A stretch of 64,000 bases of DNA. It comes from Felis catus (lineage: Eukaryota). The stretch lies in contig NC_058369.1 of the NCBI RefSeq assembly GCF_018350175.1, positions 26,786,001 to 26,850,000 of the forward strand, given 5' to 3'. Of this stretch, positions 49,441-61,969 are shown one piece after another (position 1 is the stretch's first letter; the number at the start of each line of letters is the position of its first letter). Below the pieces are notes generated by a model. It was not told the origin of the DNA and did not search any database. It was given only the letters and a program-made list of their open reading frames with translations. The position numbers and the translations under genes were made by a program.

Positions 49441-52074
49441 TATGCCCTGATGGTGTTTGGGGCAATAATTTATCTGCACAGTGCTTTAAAAAATGCATGG
49501 CCTCTTATTATGATTTTACAGAGTAAGGACACTTCCAAATATTTCCATACATGCAATTTTTCCTTTGCTAGTATTGTGTTTTAGCTTTCAGCATATAGCT
49601 AGGTTAGCTAAAGAGTACTGCCAAGATAATTTAGAGAAGTAAAATGAACTGAACTAAGAACCAGAAAGAAAAGATTTCTCAAAAGACATTTAAGAGATAA
49701 AGAATAGAGTATCTGATTTATACACTTACCACGTGTTACCTAAAACTTCTACACAAAACCTATTTTAAAGCATGCAAATTTAACATATTATGAAAGTCAG
49801 TATGCAAAACATCTTAAAGTGCTCTCTTTACGAATGCATGTAACAAAATATACTGATTATGCAAGCACATTTAATTGGACATAATTAAAATAATGAGATT
49901 TAAATACTGATGATTTTAAAAAGAAAAAAATAGAAGTCAGAATTAGCCATGAGATACATTCAAAATGTTAATCAAACTCGCAATGTCATGACCACTTTAG
50001 TACACCATATTTCTAGTTTAAAAAAGAGCAACTCCTGGCCATTTTTGCCTGGTTCTAAACATACAGTTTAGACATGTATTCACTAAGTGATATAAAGGAT
50101 TTTATTGGATAATACAATACTTGGTCCTTGGATAACATCATTTTTACAAATAACTTAAAAGCTACACAGCAACCACTATTTTCTTTAAAGGAAGGTGCCA
50201 AAATGACCAAAAACATAAAGTAAATTTTCCATGAGAAGAGTTGTGCTTGGTTAAATGGACACAATCTCAAAAGCTCTCACCAATGTCATTCTGATGTAAA
50301 GACATGAAATTTAGCTGTTCTTTCGACTCTGGTGGCTTTAAAGTGTCTGAAGAAGACTAATAACGTGTGAAAAGAACAGGTCTGCAGCTGTGAAGCCATA
50401 TTCCTTTTACTTGGTATACAGTTTCAAAGGAGTCTACTGTCTCCAATGCTCCTGAAGAGGAGGCATTAGGAGCAAACTTCAATAGAGTCGAAGGACCTGA
50501 AACTTCTATTAAACTTCTTTTCTGACCTCTTTGTTTGACTCACTAGCAACAAAATAGGAAAGGTGATGTAGGGGAAACTTTCATAAAATTACCTTAAGGC
50601 TAAAGCTTTGTTTTGTAGGATGGGTATGTTTCAGTTTTCCATTTTTACAGAAATGGAAAGCTTTAAGATCCACATGGACCTAAACCTCCTAAAATTTCTT
50701 AGAAAAAGCCCCAACATCTCCGATTAACTCTGACAATTACAATAAAATTAAGAAGTTTACATTACCATACACTGAAGACCAAACTGAGATGGAATTTAAG
50801 AGCCTGACCCAAAGGCATATAACTAGGGCATAGAGCAAAAAGATAAAAGAAGAATTCTGGAATGAGCATCACAAATCCTAGATCAAATTCTAGGTTAAAA
50901 TCATTAAATTCTATTCAGATAGAGTTTCAAATTCAGAATATTGCAATGTGGAGATCACAACAAATCAGTTCAAATTTGAAAGGACTAGGGGCCCTTTCAG
51001 AAGTCTCTCTTTTTTAAGAATTTACCTTGTGAGATTCCACATGAAAGTAGTACTCCAAATAGCCAAAGGCTCAAAATGTGAACCCTTCTGGCAATATTTC
51101 CCAGGACCTATACAGGCTAAGCATCCCAGCCTCCAAAGAGCACATGATACCCACCACCAGCTTCATAGTGTTTTCATCCCACATCCTGAAAAAGCCCTGG
51201 TTGAGATGAGTGAAAATGAGAAAAATAATGTCAGTTCACTAGAGGCATTAACAATATAAAATGTCTCTCAGAATTCATCGAGATAATGACAAAATCAGGA
51301 GAAAGGAATTAATGCATCTCAACACTATTCAGTATAATGAATGCAATTCCTGTCAAAAAATGTAATATTCCAAAATCATTTAGTGTGATTGGCAGCATCA
51401 AATATAGCAAAATGGATTTCTATTTCAAGATGCAGTTGGTTCTCTTCCAAGAGCTCAGGTTCATAGTGTTCCTCCAGCATACCAGATGTCTGCCCCCAGG
51501 TTCTGAAACACCTAACAACCCACACAGGGGAACCACTGGCTTCCCACTGCCATGTACGGAAGAGATCACAAAAGGAAAGAATTCTTAAAAATCTGCTGTT
51601 TATTAAATCATTTAACTTCAGGTCAAATAGTGAGCTAGAGATGCACTAAAATACTTTGGAAATGAAAACCGCAACTAATGCTAAGAAATATGCAAGTCAA
51701 AATGAAGAGTTTATTTTTAAAAAGGGAGGGAATTTTATTTTGTGGGTTGACACCAAGAGAGAAGAGAGAATTCCGTTATTTTATTGCTAAATACACTATG
51801 CGTTAGTACAGTAAACACTCCCTTTGCTCTATACCCAAAATGTAATATGCTTAGATAACTCTGGTCAGGTTATGCAGCTCTGAAGAAACAGGATCCTCTC
51901 AGAACGGCAGACTTTTCCTTCCCCAAACTCTAACGCTAACACTGTATTACGGGAAGCCCCTAAAGAAGGTGTAGAAGTCTTACCCCTTTCGTCTCATATA
52001 GGATTCAAATAAAATATCCCTACTACATATGTATGCATGTATAGTTAGATAGAAAAATAATGGTATTTTCAAGT

Positions 52075-52500
52075 ATGGCAGCATGGCATAGTGGTGCAGG
52101 GCACATATTTAAACACATTCCACATTTAAACTCCAAGTGTGAATTCTAGCTCTAAGAGTTAGTAGGTCTATGGCCTATGGCAAATTCATGAACCATCCTG
52201 GACTTCACTTTCCTCAAAACAGAGGCAATAACAGAGGCTCGTTCTGAGGATTCTTTCAGCTAAAACAAAGTGTTTGGACAATGTCTGGTATATAGCAAGT
52301 ACTTAATAAATGTAAGCCATTATTATTTTATGTTAATTTTTTCATTTAATTCTTATGATACACCAGTGTAGTAGGTATTATTACTCTCATCCCATGGGTG
52401 AGGAGAGTTAAGTAATTTGCCCAAAGTCACACAGAGATAAAACAGGACTGGATCTGTCCAGGTCCAAGCCTACGCTCTTACTTCTACCTAATACTTCACA
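52075..52500. mobile_element. Adjacent inverted MIRs (+ 52075-52325; - 52330-52500)
   Basis: cttcactttcctcaaaa...taataaatgtaagccattattatt, then ttaagtaatttgcccaaagtcacacag. Confidence 0.7.
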
Positions 52501-52644
52501 TGTTACCTACAGGTCTCGCTGTTATGTCATCATAACATTTATCAAGGTGTATTTCAATTGCCTTTTAACTGGTCTCTCGCCCTCAGAATAAACTCTGTGA
52601 GGACAGAGACTGGGTCCTGTTCATTCATTTCAATCCATTTGTCC

Positions 52645-53420
52645 CCAGTGCCCACTCATCCACCTTTCAGAGCTTTTGTGCCAGGCATTGTTAGGTCCTG
52701 GCATATCCTGATGAGTAGAACACACAGGGTCCCTGTCCTCATGGAACTCAAAATCTACCCCAAAAGACAGATAATCAAGTAAGTACAGAATTACAAACTG
52801 GTATAGTTACAAAGAAGGAAAAGAATGGGGTGCTAGAAAAGAGCAGAAAAGATGAAATTCATTTAGTGGGGTGAAATCCAAGAAGACCTTTCTGAAGAAG
52901 GGGCACATAAATTGAGATGAGAAGACTGAGAAGGAGTCAGCAAGGCGAAGAAATGGGGATATGAACCACTTGTGTGTAGAAGCCTAAGAAAAGTCTTCAT
53001 CTGGCAAAGCCAGTATGGCTGGAAATGAGCCAGTTTGGTGGACAAATGTAAGCACAGGGCAGACAGGGACGAGATGAGAAGGGAAAGGTGAGAGACCAGA
53101 GCACACAGGACTATCAAGAACTTGAGAGCTGATTCTCAGTACAATGGGAATTCCGGGTGGTTTTTAGAAAGAACACTCTATTTTTTTTTTCAATATATGA
53201 AATTTATTGTCAAATTGGTTTCTATACAACACCCAGTGCTCATCCCAAAAGTAGAAAGCACACTCTAGCTGCAATGTGGAGATTAAAATGAAAAAAGACA
53301 GGAGAAGAATCTGGTATATCCACTGGGATGCTCAACAGCAGATGAGGGGTGGCGTGATGGCAGTTTGGGACTAGGAGGGTAGAAGCGAGAGTTGGAAAGT
53401 GTACAGGTTTGACGTATACC
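52645..53420 (-). mobile_element. L2 (antisense)
   Basis: tgtgccaggcattgttaggtcctgg..gtccctgtcctcatggaactca; cactctagctgcaatgtggaga. Confidence 0.75.
53181..53251 (-). mobile_element. 71-bp felid L1 3'-end insertion
   Basis: Reverse complement of the L1 terminus at 37040-37092 plus T-tail; TSD tagaaagaacactcta/tagaaagcacactcta at 53165-53180 and 53252-53267. Confidence 0.9.
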
Positions 53421-54160
53421 GCCCCCCCCCCCCCCCCCGCTCCAAACCCCACCACTCCATGCAAAACACACTGCATGACAGGAATAGGAATTCGGTGACG
53501 TGTGGACTGACTGAATGAGTGGTTCCTCAAGCAGAGCTGCTGCTGGTTCTAAGGCATCCACTATCCCACAGATGCGTGACCTCCCCCTGAGCAGTACAAT
53601 CATCTAGTGGACGTGAGAGACATGGGAAGATGCGGAAGAAATGATGATTGCATTCATAATCCAGCTGGCAAGACTCCACTTACAAAAACCTCTTGATGTG
53701 TAAACGTGTCTTTGTGAAACAAAATGCCTCTCCCATTCTGACAACGGAAAATTTCAGAAGCCAGATATCTTTCTGCTATATGGCTTTCCAAGCTTGTTAG
53801 AGAAATGTATTATTTAAAATAGCCTGGAGCTATGCTGCTAGAAACACCGTAAAACACGAAGGGCGCTGAAAAAAGTCCTTTCATTTAAGAAAAAAAAATG
53901 CTGTAGTTACAAAGACAATCTCAACTCGTTATTCTACCTTCTTTCTTGTAATAATATGGTCTCTGTCATTACTTCCTAAAATGGCAAAATATTTTGATTA
54001 TCTATTAGCAACAAATTCAAATGCAGAGTTAATACATTTCCTTATAATCTGATAAATTCACAAGGTCAGGACACAGAATGTCTTCCCCATATTATTTGAT
54101 AGTTTTGACCTTTGTCCATAAGACATTTATTTTGCTAAAACTATAACTAAAGCCATTTGA

Positions 54161-54371
54161 AGGGCGCTTGGGTGACTCAGTCAGTTAAGTGTCGGCTCAG
54201 GACATGATCTCACAGTTCATGAGTTCAAGCCCCACATCAGGCTCTCTGCTATCAGTGCAGAGCCTGCTTCAGATCCTCTACCTGCCTCTCTCTATGCCCC
54301 TCTTCCATGTGCGAGCATGCATGCATGCTTCTCTCTCAAAAATAAACTTAAAAAAAAAAAAAAAACCAAAA
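54161..54371 (+). mobile_element. Can-SINE
   Basis: TSD aactaaagccatttga at 54145-54160 and 54372-54387. Confidence 0.93.
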
Positions 54372-54536
54372 AACTAAAGCCATTTGAAAAATCCAAATAC
54401 TTGTTTGTCCATGTGGGTATGAGAACAAAACAATCTATGACTACAGTCAAATGAACTCAAAGTCTAATAATTAATTCCACCAAATGTTTCCCTACCCTTA
54501 CATCAGCCGAGAGCATTCATTAATAATAGGGTAACA

Positions 54537-54730
54537 GAGGCGCCAGGGTGGCTCGGTCAGTTGGGTGTCTGACTTCGGCTCATGTAATTCACGGTTCGTG
54601 AGTTTGAGCCCCGTGTCGGGTCCTGTGCTGACAGCTCAGAGCCTGGAACCTGCTTCAGTATCTGCCCCACCCCACCTGTGCTCTCTCTGTATCTCAAAAA
54701 TAAACATTAAAAAAATTTTGAAGAAAAAAT
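54537..54730 (+). mobile_element. Can-SINE
   Basis: TSD aatagggtaaca/aacagggtaaca. Confidence 0.92.
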
Positions 54731-55914
54731 AACAGGGTAACAAAGTGATAGGCTATTCACATCAGCTGCTCTCTTGCTGTGACTTAAGTTAAACCTAACA
54801 TACTTGTCAATTTCTCAATAATTGAAGCAACAGTGTATTGCCTAGGCCTAAAACAGTATATTGCCTAGGCTAGGGTGATAACTCAAGTATTTGAGGACAC
54901 AAATAAAGCTTAACTTCGCATAGAAAAAGAATGCTCATCAGCAGAAGATTCTGCTCCAAGGTCAAGCCAAGAGTCTTACACAGCTTTGATCAGAAGACCA
55001 ACCACCAGTGCCTCCACTGCTGCTTCCTAAGAATCTAAGAGCACCGGTGGTAGAGATCAGAAGAAAAAAAGGCACTGCACTGGATTTCTATATAAGAAAC
55101 TTAATAAGCTTAAAAATAAAATATAGTTTGCTTCCTTCCATTTGGTAGGAAACCACTTTCCCTTACACTGGAAATAAAGCTTTATATGGTACTCTGTACC
55201 TTTAGAATGCCTTTAGAGAGTCTTGAAAATGCTTTTTCTGCAGAACCAGGGAAAGATACATAAGAGCATCAAATAATTTTTTGGTCCTGTTACTATAAGA
55301 ACTATTTTAAAGAATTATGGTAATCATGGCAGAGGACAATAGAAAATCTTAGATATTTACTGAGGTTTAAAGTTGAATAAAACGAAGGCAAAAAATTGTT
55401 CCATCTGTCCTTTGTCTTTCAAGAAAACAAGACTGTATATTATTACCTAAAATTCATATTTTTCCAACATATGCACAAATCACTAATAATGTACTTCGCA
55501 TAAACAAAGAGAAAAGAATAACCTGAAATTTATGTTATTCTCATTTTATTAAGAAAGCTCTTCTGTCCTCTGCGCTTGCACCAATATAACTAGTACAGAA
55601 TTACCTTCATTAGTAGGAAAAGTTATTTATTCCAGCAGGGAAAATAAGACTAAACTTAGGTACTGGACAGCTATTAATTACAAAGAGAAATGAGAAAATA
55701 CCATACCTTAAGTCTAAAGTTTTAACAAATGTGCAAATTTGTTAGTGAAATTGTAAAGAATATTCCATGCTATATGAGTACATAAATCAATGCATTATTT
55801 CCATTCTCACAATCATCTCAGACCACAGACAGCTCAAGTGAATTAAAGTTGTATATTCTCATTTTTCCTAAAACAATCTGTTCATAGCAAGGCTATTTAA
55901 AACAAATATATTCC

Positions 55915-56130
55915 AGAGCACGGGTAGCTCAGTCGGTTAAACACCTGACTCTTGATTTTGGATCAGGTCATGATCTCACGGTTCCTGAGATCAAGCCCCA
56001 TGTTGGGCACTGCACTGACAGCATGGAACCTGCTTGGGACTCCCTCCCCAACCCCTCTCTACCCCTCCCCAGCTCTCTATCTCTCTTTCTCTCAAAAATA
56101 AACAAAATATTTTTTAAAAATAATAAAATA
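55915..56130 (+). mobile_element. Can-SINE
   Basis: TSD aaatatattcca. Confidence 0.92.
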
Positions 56131-56194
56131 AAATATATTCCAAGCCATTCATATATCAACACTGAGGGCCAATATTTCTAGACTAAATAACTAC

Positions 56195-56417
56195 TTTTTT
56201 TTTAAGTTTATGTATTTATTTTGAGAGAGAGACAGAGAGCGCATGTGTGCACATGCAGGAGGGGCAGAGAGAGAAGGGGAGAGAGAGAGAGAATCCCAAG
56301 CAGGGTCCAAACTATCAGTGCAGAGCCCAACGTGGGGCTCAAACTCACAAACCATGAGATCATGACCTAAGCCAAAATCAAGAGTCAAGATCAAGATGCT
56401 CAACTGCTTGAGCCACA
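56195..56417 (-). mobile_element. Can-SINE (5' end missing)
   Basis: T-tail and reverse SINE body ending tgagccac. Confidence 0.9.
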
Positions 56418-56813
56418 TTAAGTAAATAACTTTAAAATGAGGTATTTCAATCCATTGTAATCCAAACATAGTTTTCAATAGCATAGAGTACAAAGTTATC
56501 CCTCATTTGAACCAAAAGTTCAAACTTATAAATTATTTTTTTCTTCATGTTATAGGTTGTTTATTGTCAAATCCATAGTCCTTTGATATTTTCTTAAACA
56601 GATGAAATTTGCTTTTTTCCCCTTGGGAAATGACAGACTATAGAGATAGCTGAGAAATACGATTAAATTAGTTTAATTACTTCATGTCGGCTTGGTAAGT
56701 CACTGCTCTTTAATGCAAAAACTGCCACTTGTAATTAATGACTGTCCATACTGGTTCAATTGATCAAATGTCTAATACACATAAAACATTGAAAGAAGTT
56801 CTGTATATCTTAC

Positions 56814-56886
56814 AGCAATTCAGTGGAGAAGTCTTGTCCCAAGGGTATGTAAATCTGAAGTACAAGAAACCTCTGGATCAGTCCAA
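56814..56886 (-). CDS. CFAP20DC: Internal coding exon (73 nt, phase 1 in / phase 2 out; probably exon 4) of CFAP20 domain-containing protein (C3orf67)
   Basis: Minus strand reads tttttcctctctcattctag|TT GGA CTG ATC CAG AGG TTT CTT GTA CTT CAG ATT TAC ATA CCC TTG GGA CAA GAC TTC TCC ACT GAA TTG CT|gtaaga = (L)[23 protein letters not shown](L). This matches the recalled CFAP20DC sequence [25 protein letters not shown]. Canonical polypyrimidine/AG acceptor and GTAAGA donor. Confidence 0.93.
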
Positions 56887-59019
56887 CTAGAATGAGAGAG
56901 GAAAAATATACATTAATACGTCCCAACCATTTATATGTGCATATAAACACACACAACCACACACATTCAACAATCTGAAGCTTTTAACGTTTCAGTAATA
57001 CAGACCTGTAATAACACAACCCAGGAGTTACAGCCTCATTATAAAAGCAAAAAAGTTGATGAAAATCAAACGAAACTCTAACAACAAATGTTGCCTTTTA
57101 AAGTCCCATCTGTAGGGTGAAATTTTTATGAAAAATTAAAAAATAGTAATTTTTTATTTACTATTTTTATTAAGTTGCAAGAGAATGTACACAGAGGACT
57201 GCATTCAACAGAAACATATAAAATTAAACTACAGATTCCCATCAAGGCAGCCATAAAAGCGTGTGGCAATTATTTTTATCCACTGACAGTTTTAACTGTA
57301 CTAAACAACTTAATAAAAAACAATAGATCAAGAAAAACAATTCTAATTATGACAAGTACAACTGAAGGTTTGATGAGCCATATCTAGTTCATATGGTTTT
57401 AAATGTGTCTATAGTGAGATGGATGGAGGAACGTAGTTTCATTTATAATACCTTTTGTTAATTTAACATACTTTTAATTAATTCAAAGCTCACAAACTGC
57501 AAACTGCTTTTATTCTCCATCACCAGCTTCATCTGAATTAAAAATATATGAAGAAAAGCCAACCCCTACGGCACTTTTGACAGCTGAAGTGTACAACTGT
57601 TTGAAAAACCAATTGATTTTATATTACCTCTTCAGACCTACTCACTTAATTCCTTTTCTCTTAGGTTTTGAACCTTTGCTTGATCTCTCAATTACGATGC
57701 TCCTAATGGATGTTTTAGAATCACTTCCTCCTAAAACATCCCTTTTAGGAACTTTTTTCCTCATGTGGGACTTCGTTAGGAAATGGAAATGTTTTCACTT
57801 ATCTGTGAACCTGTCCTACAAATCTAATAGTATAGGGCAATGCTTGAAGAGGCAACTGGTCTAAGATGCACATTATTTTCTATTTATTCTGACTTAGGAG
57901 GATTAACAAATTTAAGTATTTTAAAGCAACAATACATGCTTGGATAGTCTATATATAACTTCTTGTTCAGAAATTCCTTCAGTGAACTGTTTTGCAACAT
58001 TCCTGAACAACTTAGAGTTTCTACATTTTCCCTGAAATTTAGTTTCTAAAAAACAAACATATTAGGTCAAGTCTGCTTACTACTTTTTAAATCAGATATT
58101 CAAGGATAACTTTTACTTATAATGTCAAGCTTATAAACTGCTCCAGAGAGCCATCCATAGACTAGCAATACAATGGCATTAGGGAGTAACAGGCTCTGAC
58201 CTTTGAAAATTCTCTAGGAACAGGATTTTACTAAATTTATGGAAAAAGTCAGCGAGGCAACCTGAATTCTGGACTACAAAACCAATGTGAGACACCAAAA
58301 ACGAGGCCAACTTGAATAAACCATCATTAATTAATCTCTCTCTTGCATCTTCCACTGATTTTTCTATTGCACAATGGCCTCTGTATATAGAGCTGAGAGA
58401 GCACCTGGATAAATGAAATCAGTCTTCACAAAGGTCCCTAAGTTGTGTCCCACATCTCACTGAATCAGCACTGTTCTCTTCAAACACAAGGAGCTCCACA
58501 TATAGGGCATTTTCCTATGAACATTTTTAGATCTGAAAGACACTTGCTCTTAAAAAAAGAAAGCTTTGTAATTCTACTTTCTCACATATAGAAGCCCTAG
58601 TTTCCAAAAGGCTTCACTTCTAAGATTAAAAGAAGTATGACAACACCATATGGTGATGATCTGACAAAGTAAAAAGTACTTTAATAACATTTGACATACA
58701 CTGATCCTGTGTGTCAGAAATGCTAAATAAACTCCCTAGTAATTTTTTTTTCCAGTGGCCTAGTAAATTTAAACTGACTCTTCATGTCTACCTTATATTG
58801 AAAATCACTCTAACTAATGCTGAATGTGAACTACTAGTAGTCCAAAAATGCCCGAGTATATAAAAATTCATAAAAATCTAGTTTTTTACTGAAATACACA
58901 GGTTTCTGCAGTTTTCTAATCTGTTTTCTGCTGAAATTAATTACCTCTATTTTTAAGGGCTCAGGTCCTTTTTTCCTTTGAATATTTTCAAATGCATTTA
59001 ACTGGTAAAACACCATTCA

Positions 59020-59253
59020 TTTTTTTAATTTTTTTTAATGTTTATTTATTTTTGACAGAGAGAGAGAGAGAGAGAGAGAGACAGAGCATGAGCGGGGGAG
59101 GGGCAGAGAGAGAAGGAGACACAGAATCAGAAGCAGGTTCCAGGCCCCGAGCCATCAGCATACAGCCCGATGCAGGGCTTGAACTCACAGACTGCGAGAT
59201 CACGACCTGAGCCGAAGTTGGATGCTCAACCAACTGAGCCACCCAGGTGCCCC
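59020..59253 (-). mobile_element. Can-SINE
   Basis: TSD acaccattcatttt/acaccattcgtttt. Confidence 0.95.
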
Positions 59254-59654
59254 AGTACACCATTCGTTTTTTAAGCAGTGGGTTTTATAGCTGTTCCCTC
59301 ACAGCCAGTAACAGTTAGATGCCGAACACATACCTCACGAGTGTTTGTTTTACCGTCCAAGAGTTTGGGACTAGAACACTGCAAGGTAATCCTTTCCATA
59401 TGTCCTGCTAAGTCACAGCTGAAGCTATTTCCTGGTTCCCAGCATAGTCCCAGCACAAACAGCCTGCTAAAGTCCACTCTTCTACTTCAACCCAGAAGAT
59501 GGTAAACGGCTATGCCTCTGTTACTGGGCATTCCATATTCCTCGGGCAAATCAGAAAACCTTTCTGGGCTCTTTCACTTTCGTGTGTAAAACTGGGTTAA
59601 TAAATTAGATCTGTACCTCACAGGATTATCTGTATGGATTAAATTAGATCTATC

Positions 59655-61710
59655 ATTCAATAAAGATTTATTAAGCATCTACTACATGCCAGACTCGATG
59701 TGGACATTTTTGTAGTGACTAAGACAGCCACGGTCTCTGCTCTCTTGGAACTTCTATTCTAGTTCCAGGAAGAAGATCAGGGTGCAATGAAAGCATATAA
59801 TCCTGGGTCGTTGCAGGAAAGAGGATGATGAGTGAAGGTTCTCTGGCAGAAATAACATTGGAATTCAGCTGAAAAGAATAAGCAGGGGTTGAGTGGGCAA
59901 GGCAGATGAAGGAACACATATTACAGGGAGAGGGAATACTCCATCATGTGATGAAAGAAACCATGGTATAATGGATGGATTGAAAGACCTAAAGGGCTGG
60001 TAGGAGAGTCAGAAAGGGAAAAGCAGCAGGAGGTAATTCTGGCAAATAGCTAGGATCTCAATCTTTCAGGACCATGAAGGCCATCCAAAGGATACAGGTC
60101 ATCCCAAAATCAATGGGAAGCCACTCATCCATTCATTAATTTATCCCACACAGATTTATTGAATGTCTACTATGTGTTGGGCACTATTGTAGGTGAACAA
60201 AACACACTGAATTTCTGTGCTGGGGGTGTTTGCTTTTTGGCAATGGTGAGAAAAATAATTGGTAAAAAAATAACCCTAAGAAACAAACAGCATGTTAAAT
60301 GGTGAAAGTACTATGGGAAAAAGTAGAGAAAGGTAAAAGGGATCAACAGTGTGTGGAAGGGATATAAATTACAGGGCAGATGGGTCTCTCACTGAGATGA
60401 CTTTTTTTTTTAATGTTTTTTTTTTGAGAGAGAGAGAGAGCGCATGCGCGCACACGTGCGCGTGCACATGAATGGGGGAGGGGCACACAGAGAGAGGGAG
60501 ACACAGAATCTGAAGCAGGCTCCAGGCTCTGAGCTGTCAGCACAGAGCCCAATGTGGGGCTCGGACTCAAATGGTGAGATCATGACCTGAGCCCAAGTTG
60601 GACGCTTAACTGACTGAGCCCCCCCCCTCCCCCCCAGGAGCTTGGAGAAGATGACGTTTTAATAAAGGCCTAAAGGAGGGGAAAGGGTGAGCCATGCAGC
60701 TATTTGGCAAAAGAAAGCTCTAGGCAGAGGATTACCAGCTTATGCATAGGTGCTAAGGTGACAGGGCAGCAGGCTATGTTTGAAAACAGCAGGGAGACCT
60801 GTATGGTTGCAGCAGAGTTAACAACAGAAAGAGTAATTGGAGGTAAGATCAGAGAGCTAAGAGGGCACCAAATACTGCAAGGTCCTACAATCTTTGGTTT
60901 TTAACCAAGAGAGATGGGGCATTTTCAGGAGAGGATAGTTCAAAGTACTGCTCTAGCTGTGAAATTGACAACAAACTGTAGGGAGGAAAGTAAAAAAATA
61001 CAGGGAGACCAATGAGAAGACAGCTGCATGAGACATTCCAAGCATGAAGTAACGGTAGGATTGGCGGGGACAAGAAGTACTAGACTCTAAAACTAAGTTA
61101 AAGATAGAACCAACAAGATCTTCCTGATGGAAGGAATGAAGAAAAGAAAAATTGGACTGACATAAGTTTTCTTGAGCCACTGAAAAGACAAGTTGCTAAC
61201 TGAGATGTGGCTGTCTACAGCAGTACGAGTAATTTCTAGGGTTAAGCAGTCCAAGGAGAAATGTCATACTAGCAACTGAAACTACAAGTCTGGAGTTTGA
61301 GAGGGAAGTCTGATTTGGAAATAAACGTAAGCTGGAGTAAGACAGAGATGGCATTTAAAACCATGAGACTAGCACCGATAACCAAGGGAGGAAATGCAGA
61401 AAGAGGGTAAAGGGTCAGGTCCACAGGCACTGCAACATTAAGCTGGGTTGAGGAGAAGAGGAAGAACCATGAAAGGAAACTAAAAAGGAAGACGAGTGAA
61501 GTAGAAAGGGAACTAGGAGGATGGGCATCCTGGAAGATGAGTGAAGAAAAGGGTGTCAACTTTATCAAATGCTGTTGATATGTTAAGCAAGATGAGGGCT
61601 GAGAATGAGCCACTGGATTCAGGAATAGAGAGATCACTAGTGACCTTGACAAGAGCATTCTCAGTAGAGTGGTGAGGTCAAGGCCACTGAAGGGTTTTAA
61701 ACAGAGCAAG
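59655..61710 (-). mobile_element. L2 elements (antisense; two 3' ends near 59655 and 60130)
   Basis: cattcaataaagatttattaagcatctactacatgccag; atttattgaatgtctactatgtgttgggcact; gagatcactagtgaccttgacaagagca. Confidence 0.8.
60401..60640 (-). mobile_element. Can-SINE within L2
   Basis: Reverse SINE; TSD agatgacttttt/agatgacgtttt. Confidence 0.9.
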
Positions 61711-61919
61711 TCATAATGACATTTATTTTAGAAAGAATACCAAAATGGGAGTTGGGGGGAGGCCTGGGGGAAACCTCATAAAGATGACCTCATCCTCCAG
61801 AGCAGCTGAAACTCAGATAAACACAAGGCTTCAGGGATGCTGATCCCAAAAGACACACCATTGGATCCAGATGCCACTGGCAAAGAAAACAGTAATTTCA
61901 AACAAAAGCCTTAAACAGA

Positions 61920-61969
61920 AAGTCCTGGGACAGACCATCCAAATGATAAGTCCTGGGACAGACCATCCA
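61920..61969. repeat. Tandem duplication with 28-bp period (aagtcctgggacagaccatcca twice)
   Basis: 22 bp identical at 61920-61941 and 61948-61969. Confidence 0.9.

Larger units (their letters stand above)
1..56813 (-). other. CFAP20DC: Part of the very long intron downstream of the 73-nt CFAP20DC exon
   Basis: Starts at the donor at 56813. The next expected coding sequence (ITDLGNIKRRLYLST...) was not seen in the window. A very long intron here is consistent with the recalled human gene structure. Confidence 0.75.

Noticed and set aside
55707..55769. Minus-strand exon candidate with an AAG|gtatgg donor
   Set aside because: Stops in all three frames, weak acceptor, no similarity to CFAP20DC.
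60439..60470. Alternating purine-pyrimidine (Z-DNA-like) run; also C-runs near 24720 and 53422
   Set aside because: Hypervariable SINE microsatellite region or simple homopolymers; common and possibly affected by sequencing error.
61269..61709. 146-aa ORF (also 35742-36155)
   Set aside because: Lies within decayed L2 sequence; no credible intact protein.
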